From the IMG/VR virus record IMGVR_UViG_3300027708_001637: 64,000 bases of DNA. One strand, written 5' to 3'. Source of the DNA: a virus. Numbering within the stretch: position 1 is the first letter of the stretch; every line of letters starts with the position of its first letter. The translations under genes and the position numbers were made by a program. Shown here in pieces: positions 35,971 to 42,091 of this stretch. The notes under the pieces are model-generated. The model was not told the DNA's origin. It worked only from the letters and a program-made list of their open reading frames with translations, and searched no databases.

Positions 35971-36391
35971 AAATGAGCATTCGCTCATTTGTTCTATCGC
36001 TCACGCTCAGAACATTTTAAGTCGAAGACTAATAATATTATCCAGATTAATCGCTCACACTTTGCCCAGACAAGGGCAAAGAAACATTATCCGAGTTGAA
36101 CCATGTCACTTAGTGTTACTGCATTACAGAGGCGGTCATCCGGTACCTCGAGCAGCGTCTTTATACGACGGCGGCTTATGTATATACACTAACATATACA
36201 TAAACGTAGGGAATACTATCCCTTCATTTTGCTTATTCTTTATCTTCAAACATCTAAACCGCAAGCATTTGCGATCTTCGTCCTGTTAAGGATAGTAGAT
36301 GAGTGCTCACTTCAGCGGTGAGTCTTCCGTCCCCGTTATTATCCGGTTGTCACTAGGCACCCGTGCTAAGCCGGTGCGAGCCAATCCTGAA
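35971..36391 (-). ncRNA. Candidate large structured ncRNA (about 420 nt), family unassigned
   Basis: Largest gene-free gap in the window. About 46% GC over 36061-36390 (hand count), whereas the other intergenic gaps are visibly AT-rich. Two long-range helices and about 10 local stems are visible by eye. Confidence 0.7.
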
Positions 36392-36814
36392 TTACTTTTT
36401 TAAAATGTGGGAGCCATGAACGCGGACCGAGATTTGTCCATTGTAGTAGTCTGTAGATTCAAGTACTTTGCGGTCGAATTGTTCACGGGCCTCAATGTAA
36501 CTACATTCACTTTTACTTTTGCAGTAATATAATATCTCTCTTTTGAAATTTTCTTTGCCTATTTTTGCTATATCTGCTGTTAACTCTAGACTGGACCCGT
36601 AATATTCCTGCCAGTCAGATTCGATTTTGCTTCGAATTTTCTTCTTTTTCTTTGTGCCATTCTTTAATGTTACAGTCTTATATGTGGTCTTCGCAAACTT
36701 TGCGAGTTTCTTTCCTATATATTTTCTGCCATTTGTCAAATTTGTAATCAAATAGACAAACCCCGCGCAATCATCGGGAAGTTCGTTTACTATTTGATCC
36801 TGGTACGTCCACAT
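36392..36814 (-). CDS. Compact GIY-YIG endonuclease (SegE-like/EndoII-sized, 140 aa)
   Basis: GFVYLITN...GRKYIGKK, YYGSS, F.REIL, catalytic-type Glu in YIEAREQF, YYNG.I. No C-terminal DNA-binding domain. Confidence 0.9.
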   Translation of the reverse strand: MWTYQDQIVNELPDDCAGFVYLITNLTNGRKYIGKKLAKFAKTTYKTVTLKNGTKKKKKIRSKIESDWQEYYGSSLELTADIAKIGKENFKREILYYCKSKSECSYIEAREQFDRKVLESTDYYNGQISVRVHGSHILKK

Positions 36815-37085
36815 TCTGTTTTACTGGTTTTGGTTTTTTCTCACCAGGTGGCCTACCTAACGGAGCCGGAGATATAATATGTTGTGTCTCTTCGGCCAGT
36901 TTTGACAAACGAATCATTTCATATTGTATGGAACGCATTCTTCTCATATGTCTACGTAATAAACCACCAGGGTTATTTCTTATCTTTTTAAAAGACAAGA
37001 ACGTTGTATGGTAGTTATGCAATTCAATCATTAGGCCTAAAAATTCTGAGTATAATTTCTTATACTGTTCCAATTCTTCATTCAC
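36771..37085 (-). CDS. Small basic helical protein, weakly Hc1 histone-like (104 aa from GTG)
   Basis: GTG overlaps the end of gp46 (GTGAATGA). Two amphipathic helices with LLRRHMRRMRSI and a basic P/K tail. Overlaps the GIY-YIG start by 44 nt. Confidence 0.5.
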   Translation of the reverse strand: MNEELEQYKKLYSEFLGLMIELHNYHTTFLSFKKIRNNPGGLLRRHMRRMRSIQYEMIRLSKLAEETQHIISPAPLGRPPGEKKPKPVKQNVDVPGSNSKRTSR

Positions 37086-38844
37086 TTGTGGAGTATGAGG
37101 TGAAACCATTTTCTTTTACTACCCTAAGTACATTGTTAACACGACCTACCAACTCGTCCTTGTGGGAGATTAGGTAAATGTTCTTGTTTCGTTCGCGAGC
37201 CATTTTCTTTAATACTGCCAGTGCACTTTCTACACCAGCACTATCCATACCAGCATCAACCAATTCATCAATAAACAGCAAGTTAATACTTTGATACAGG
37301 CCTTCCCATACATCACGGAATGCAAAACTCATACTCAAAATCAATCGATTACGTTCACCACGTGACAAATTATCAAAGTCTAAGTCTTGTCCCAACTGTG
37401 TAATCTCTACATTCAAATCGTTTTGGAATATAACACGATGTGGTAGACCCAACTTGTCAATATAGTAGCCCAGTCGCTTGTTCAAGTAACTTAAATTCTG
37501 ATCAATAATCTTTTTACGGACAAAACTATCTTTGTTAGTCAACAGTTTCAACAAGAATTCTTGATGATCCTTAAGACTTGTTAGATTATTAATTGTGTCC
37601 CAAATGATTTCTTGTATTGCAGACTTTTTAAGTTCGTCAACTTGTTCAGCATATGGGTTTACATCATCTGCTCTCTCAGTTAACTTGCGTTCTAAACTGT
37701 CTAAATTATTTTTGTGTCCCAGTGCTTCTGCTTCTGTGTCGTAGAATGTTATGGGTCTGCGAGGTTGATCACCTGTACCCAGTTCTTCTACAACTTTAAG
37801 ATAATCTCCACTGACTTTATCAAAGTAAGTTAATGCATCAGCCAAGTGTTGATTGGCAGTTGCAGTCATTTCTTCGTGTTTATGATCGTGCAGTTCCTGT
37901 TCACAAGCGTGACAAGTCTTATTACCTAAACTGGCCAGTTCCTTTTGATACTTCTTAACAGTTTTGTCAGCCTGACTAACTGCGGACTCTAGCGTAGATT
38001 TTTGTTTATTAAGATTATTAATCTTAGTATTGTTTTCTTCCCACACCTTTAACTGAGCGTGTGCTGCCAATTCTTGTTCAATGTCAACTGTAACTAGGGT
38101 TTGTATACTGTTTACAAGTGACGTCAAGTCAGTTTCCTTCTTGCTTTCCCACGCTTTACTCTTTAATTCAAGTGAATTAATGCTGATTTGAATGTTATCA
38201 TTGGCACGTTTGGTAGCATCGATCCTAGCAGTTTCTTCTACAATACTATCTTTTGTAGTTTTAACAGATGCTTTTAGTATCTCTGCCTTTTCACTCAGCA
38301 ATGTAATACCCAGCAGTTGCTCGATAACTTCACGCTGATCAGCAGCCCGCATACTTAGGAACGGCTCGGTATAAGTGTTTAATGCCACAAGATGTTTGAA
38401 CATTGTATGTGACATTTCCAACATCTGTTCAATGGCCTTTTGTGTTTCACGGCTATCTCCCTGACTGTCGTCCTCCGAATCTTCAGTTTTTAGTTGGTTA
38501 TCGTTTACAAACAGTTTAAGTACATTGGGTTTACGCCCGCGCTCAATACGATATTTGTTACCATTCTTTTCAAACTCCACTGTGACTAACATATTTTTAC
38601 CGTTAGTCTTGTTAATCAAGTTTTCTTTCTTGATATTAGTCAGTGCTTGTCCATACAATGCATAACTTAGTGCATTGATAATTGTAGTTTTACCTGTTCC
38701 ATTACGTGATCCAGTATCGTCGCCACCTAAATCCAAGTTGGCGCCCAGTACTAAAGTTAGTTGTTCTTGTTTAAAATCCACGGCTTGGGTTTGCGCACCC
38801 ACGCTCATAAAATTCTTTACGGTTAAATTATTGATATCAAACAT
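37078..38844 (-). CDS. gp46: Recombination endonuclease ATPase subunit, gp46/Rad50-like (588 aa)
   Basis: Walker A NGTGKTT, zinc hook CHAC, signature LSRGE, Walker B FIDE, ISH. Start placed at the ATG 1 nt after the gp47 stop. Confidence 0.95.
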   Translation of the reverse strand: MFDINNLTVKNFMSVGAQTQAVDFKQEQLTLVLGANLDLGGDDTGSRNGTGKTTIINALSYALYGQALTNIKKENLINKTNGKNMLVTVEFEKNGNKYRIERGRKPNVLKLFVNDNQLKTEDSEDDSQGDSRETQKAIEQMLEMSHTMFKHLVALNTYTEPFLSMRAADQREVIEQLLGITLLSEKAEILKASVKTTKDSIVEETARIDATKRANDNIQISINSLELKSKAWESKKETDLTSLVNSIQTLVTVDIEQELAAHAQLKVWEENNTKINNLNKQKSTLESAVSQADKTVKKYQKELASLGNKTCHACEQELHDHKHEEMTATANQHLADALTYFDKVSGDYLKVVEELGTGDQPRRPITFYDTEAEALGHKNNLDSLERKLTERADDVNPYAEQVDELKKSAIQEIIWDTINNLTSLKDHQEFLLKLLTNKDSFVRKKIIDQNLSYLNKRLGYYIDKLGLPHRVIFQNDLNVEITQLGQDLDFDNLSRGERNRLILSMSFAFRDVWEGLYQSINLLFIDELVDAGMDSAGVESALAVLKKMARERNKNIYLISHKDELVGRVNNVLRVVKENGFTSYSTSE

Positions 38845-38845
38845 C

Positions 38846-39859
38846 TTATAGGTCGTTGTAAATTTGTAAAAGTGTGTTTTTGTCAAATTGGCCATTCTCT
38901 AAGTTAACTAAACTGTCAGTGACAATTTGATCAACGCTTTCAAATAGGCTGTCGGGGTTTTCATCTACAGTACCATCCAAGTTAACTTTATCTTGGATTA
39001 GACTAATCTCTCTAATATCATAGTCTTGCACAAACTTTTCTTTTAGGAAGTTGGCTTCTTCAAAGGTAATATCAATGTCCAGATTTACCTTTAAGTGCAT
39101 CTTACCCTTCATAATATTGTCTGTATCATCGAGTAGTTGGCTTAATTTAAGTGTACGGAACTTGGGACAGTTGGGCCAATTAACAAATTGTGGCTCGCCT
39201 CCCCATTCTAAAATCATCATACCACGGTCATCGTCCCACGAATCTGCAAAATTATGCGGGAAGGCATTGCCAATATACCAAATTCGTTCTTTGTTTTGAC
39301 GTTTGTGGAAGTGTCCACTAAACACATAGTCCTGATGTACAAAGTGTCCCGGGCTTAGTTCGCCGTGATCGGGCATTTGCACCATAGCATTCATATAGAA
39401 TAAGGGCAATTCAAAATGCCCAAACATATATTTGCTTTTGATTTTACCTAAATTCTTCCATTCCTCGCCCACTAGCCAAGGTACAAGGGTGACATCATCA
39501 AGTGTTGTAACACTATCTACGATTGTGACACCTGGAATGTGCCGACCAAAGGCACTGGAATGAATGTCACGCTTGTCTTTGTAGAACAGATCGTGGTTAC
39601 CTGGGAACCAAAAGAACTGTTCAAATGCTGCGCCTAATTTTTCTAATAGGCTAATTGATGTATTGAGGGTGAATAAGTTGAGACTATTTCTATTGTGCGA
39701 CCAGTCGCCCATAAAAATACAAGTTTCGCAATTGGCTTTTTTAGCCTCGCTGATAAACCAGTCTACAAATTCTTCACAATCTCTTAAATGTGTTGTTGAA
39801 TTGGATTTAAGTCCAACGTGAAGGTCGGTAAAAACCGCTACCTTTTTAAATAGGCTCAT
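38846..39859 (-). CDS. gp47: Recombination endonuclease subunit, gp47/Mre11-like (337 aa)
   Basis: Phosphoesterase motifs TDLH, GDW.H, GNHD, GHF, SGHFH. AGGAG SD. Confidence 0.95.
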   Translation of the reverse strand: MSLFKKVAVFTDLHVGLKSNSTTHLRDCEEFVDWFISEAKKANCETCIFMGDWSHNRNSLNLFTLNTSISLLEKLGAAFEQFFWFPGNHDLFYKDKRDIHSSAFGRHIPGVTIVDSVTTLDDVTLVPWLVGEEWKNLGKIKSKYMFGHFELPLFYMNAMVQMPDHGELSPGHFVHQDYVFSGHFHKRQNKERIWYIGNAFPHNFADSWDDDRGMMILEWGGEPQFVNWPNCPKFRTLKLSQLLDDTDNIMKGKMHLKVNLDIDITFEEANFLKEKFVQDYDIREISLIQDKVNLDGTVDENPDSLFESVDQIVTDSLVNLENGQFDKNTLLQIYNDL

Positions 39860-39879
39860 TAATAAATTCTCCTATTTTA

Positions 39880-39908
39880 AGTATAGCGGTCTGTATTACA
39901 GAAGTCAA
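39880..39908 (-). promoter_or_regulatory. Sigma70-type promoter TTGACT-N17-TATACT for gp47-gp46
   Basis: Near-consensus -35/-10 with 17-nt spacing. The spacer contains the palindrome TCTGTA-T-TACAGA. Confidence 0.75.
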
Positions 39909-39909
39909 A

Positions 39910-40827
39910 TTAAATATCTTCGTTTTCTATTTCTTCTTCTTCAGATACTGTTTCGCTCTTAGGTCTACGCATATTTTTATATAGTTCTGCCTGTCGAGCA
40001 ATTTCTTCTGCGTACCCTTGACTGTTTTGACGAGTTAAACTTGGAGTCAAGCCTGCTTCTTCTAACAAGTCATCACGGATATTTTGACTCTTTTTCTCAA
40101 TATTAAGAATACGAGTAAAGGAGTTGGTCACTGCCGCTGTGTAATATGCAAATGGATTTTCTGATTTGGATTCATCAAACTGTAATCCAATGTGGCTTAG
40201 TTGTAGGATAGCCTGTCCTTTCATTTCATCAACATAAGTATAACCGCGCCAGTTACTACGTTGGGCATATCGTTCACTTAGTTTGATAAACATCTTGCCA
40301 AGATTTTCTGTAATGCGTCCGTGATCCTTGCTAAAGTGCCCTTTGTCTACTGAACCTTTCCAATGACTCTTGCCCACGCATATCAATTCGTCCTGATCAT
40401 TAAACTTCCAATGTTGGAAAGGAGGAAAGTTTACTTTGTCGTGACTGTCGGCAGTATTTTTAACAGTTTTCTTACGCCCTGGAGCAAGTGGTATATGGTC
40501 AAATGTCATAATACGGATCACTATATCCGTTTTGGCAATTGTTTTATAGTCTGCTGTACATTCTGCAAGTTTGATTTTCTTGTCACCACTTGCTCTTGCT
40601 GCTGCAAATGCCAGTAGGCCTAATCTTTTGGCTTGAGCCCTTTTAGCATCTGCTATTGTTCTAATGTTAATCTTATCTAAACTGGATAAAATAATATCGT
40701 GTTGTTGATATTCTGGCTGAGTAAAACTTGAGAATGAACATTTGCTACGATGTATTTCTGCTAACAAGTCTTTATTGTTTAAGTATTTTACCTTTCTACC
40801 AGATGGTGCGATGGATATTGTAGTCAT
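39910..40827 (-). CDS. gp55: Late transcription sigma factor, gp55-like (305 aa)
   Basis: YLNNKDLLAEI, MFIKLSERYAQRSNWRGYTY.DEM, FDESKSENPFAYYT, RILNIEKK. Confidence 0.9.
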   Translation of the reverse strand: MTTISIAPSGRKVKYLNNKDLLAEIHRSKCSFSSFTQPEYQQHDIILSSLDKINIRTIADAKRAQAKRLGLLAFAAARASGDKKIKLAECTADYKTIAKTDIVIRIMTFDHIPLAPGRKKTVKNTADSHDKVNFPPFQHWKFNDQDELICVGKSHWKGSVDKGHFSKDHGRITENLGKMFIKLSERYAQRSNWRGYTYVDEMKGQAILQLSHIGLQFDESKSENPFAYYTAAVTNSFTRILNIEKKSQNIRDDLLEEAGLTPSLTRQNSQGYAEEIARQAELYKNMRRPKSETVSEEEEIENEDI

Positions 40828-40857
40828 ATTGTTGTTTTTATTTTCCCTATGTCTTTA

Positions 40858-40885
40858 AGTATAGCACAGAATTGGCAAGTGTCAA
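40858..40885 (-). promoter_or_regulatory. Sigma70-type promoter TTGACA-N16-TATACT (extended -10 TGn) for gp55
   Basis: Perfect -35 and TGC-TATACT -10. Confidence 0.75.
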
Positions 40886-40909
40886 CCAAATCTTATTATC
40901 TTAGCACAT

Positions 40910-40917
40910 TATTTATA
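40910..40917 (-). promoter_or_regulatory. Late promoter TATAAATA pointing into gp55
   Basis: Exact T4 consensus on the minus strand, 82 nt upstream of the gp55 ATG. Confidence 0.55.
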
Positions 40918-40918
40918 G

Positions 40919-40926
40919 GTTAAATA
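40919..40926 (+). promoter_or_regulatory. Late promoter GTTAAATA for the baseplate operon
   Basis: TAAATA box 22 nt upstream of the ATG at 40949, back-to-back with the minus-strand box. Confidence 0.6.
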
Positions 40927-40948
40927 GTGTATCAAGGAATAATTATTT

Positions 40949-41791
40949 ATGGCTCTCAAACCCAGTGCATATCAAGAATATATTGCCAAACAATATGAAA
41001 ACGCTCCAGTAGTGGGTGCATATGCGGACAATTTTGCCAATTCAGTATTGGGAGATGCAGCAGCGTTGAATTTTTCGCAATCTGCTAGTACTAATAATAG
41101 TATTGTGGGCGGTGGGGGAACCGCTGATGGGAAAGTATCCGCAGGGGCCAATCCCGCAAAAAATCTCGATACTAATTTTATAATATCAAATCGAAAAAAA
41201 GATTTACGAGTTAGAATAAAAGTTCCAACGTCTTATCAACATTCTGATACCAATGCTGGTAAGGCACAACGGGGAATTATATTTCCTTATACACCACAAA
41301 TTAGCATTGAATACAAGGCTGAATATTCTTCTCAAAATCCCTTGCACAGTAATTATACATTTAATTTTTACAAAAACAGTTCAATCAGTGATATTGGTAT
41401 CCAAGGTGTTTTTACAGTACAGAACGATCGAGATGCATTGGCATTGCTATCCACCATACATTTATTACGGGCTTTGACTAAAGGAAGATTTGGTTTTAGT
41501 GATGAATTGAGAGGTGCTCCGCCGCCAATTTGCAGATTATTAGCTTATGGTGATTATATGTTGGATAATGTTCCTGTTTCTATTGCAAGTTTCAGGCATG
41601 ATTTACCAACTGATGTGGATTACTACCCCTTATCAAAAAATGCTCAAGATAATGTTTTTGGTGAGGCTTTAGTTCCTATCAAAAGCACTATCATTGTAAA
41701 TTGTAAAATAATGTATAGTAGGGAAGAGATGCTTAGTGCCACCGTTCCCAAATGGTTCGGCGGCGAAACCCGCAAACGAGGTCTTCTATAA
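40949..41791 (+). CDS. Tail tube initiator/baseplate protein (gp48/gp54-like, 280 aa)
   Basis: GIIFPYTPQI, LHSNY.F.FYKNS, GAPPPICRL.AYG, NVPV.I.SF...LP.DVDY. Precedes gp53. Confidence 0.7.
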   Translation: MALKPSAYQEYIAKQYENAPVVGAYADNFANSVLGDAAALNFSQSASTNNSIVGGGGTADGKVSAGANPAKNLDTNFIISNRKKDLRVRIKVPTSYQHSDTNAGKAQRGIIFPYTPQISIEYKAEYSSQNPLHSNYTFNFYKNSSISDIGIQGVFTVQNDRDALALLSTIHLLRALTKGRFGFSDELRGAPPPICRLLAYGDYMLDNVPVSIASFRHDLPTDVDYYPLSKNAQDNVFGEALVPIKSTIIVNCKIMYSREEMLSATVPKWFGGETRKRGLL

Positions 41792-42090
41792 TGGCTCAAT
41801 ACAGTTCAAAAAGTCCATATTATTCCACATCAGCAGGTCTAGGATATCTTGATGTTATAAATTATCGACCTGTGCCTACTTCAACTGATGATATACTATA
41901 CACAATTCCTAAAATTTATGAATTTAGACCCGACTTATTGGCCTATCACCTATACAATGATGTTGAATTATGGTGGGTATTTTCGGCCAGGAATCCAACA
42001 ATACTACAAGATCCTGTATTTGATATGATTGTGGGCGTTCAGATTTACTTGCCTCAGTTGACACTAATGAAAACAAGTTTAGGAATATAA
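41791..42090 (+). CDS. gp53: Baseplate wedge protein, gp53-like with LysM-like fold (99 aa)
   Basis: YEFRPDLLAY.LY....LWWVF..RNP. The start overlaps the previous stop (TAATG). Confidence 0.85.
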   Translation: MAQYSSKSPYYSTSAGLGYLDVINYRPVPTSTDDILYTIPKIYEFRPDLLAYHLYNDVELWWVFSARNPTILQDPVFDMIVGVQIYLPQLTLMKTSLGI

Positions 42091-42091
42091 G

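Noticed and set aside
36062-36289. 75-aa plus-strand ORF inside the structured element
   Set aside because: TTG start without SD, no recognisable motif, and GC-rich hairpin DNA easily yields short ORFs.
35971-36391. Group I or II intron, tmRNA, RNase P, tRNA or hammerhead identity for the structured element
   Set aside because: It does not interrupt a gene. GTTCAAC and TAGTC lack a matching P7 partner. The AGC hairpin is too short for domain V. There is no tRNA-like T-arm/CCA end, no GAGGAAAGUCC and no CUGANGA/GAAA core. A covariance-model search is still needed.
36392-36814. GIY-YIG as a classical mobile homing endonuclease
   Set aside because: It has no DNA-binding extension, is not in an intron or intein, and is translationally coupled to core genes. 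It looks resident rather than recently invading.
38845-38895. Longer gp46 start at 38895 (also gp53 at 41752 and the small basic ORF at 37109)
   Set aside because: These extensions overlap upstream genes. Downstream starts coupled to the previous stop match the expected N-termini.
41740-41795. Frameshift at the tube-initiator/gp53 junction
   Set aside because: The -1 frame is open, but there is no in-frame X XXY YYZ heptamer. TAATG coupling is sufficient.
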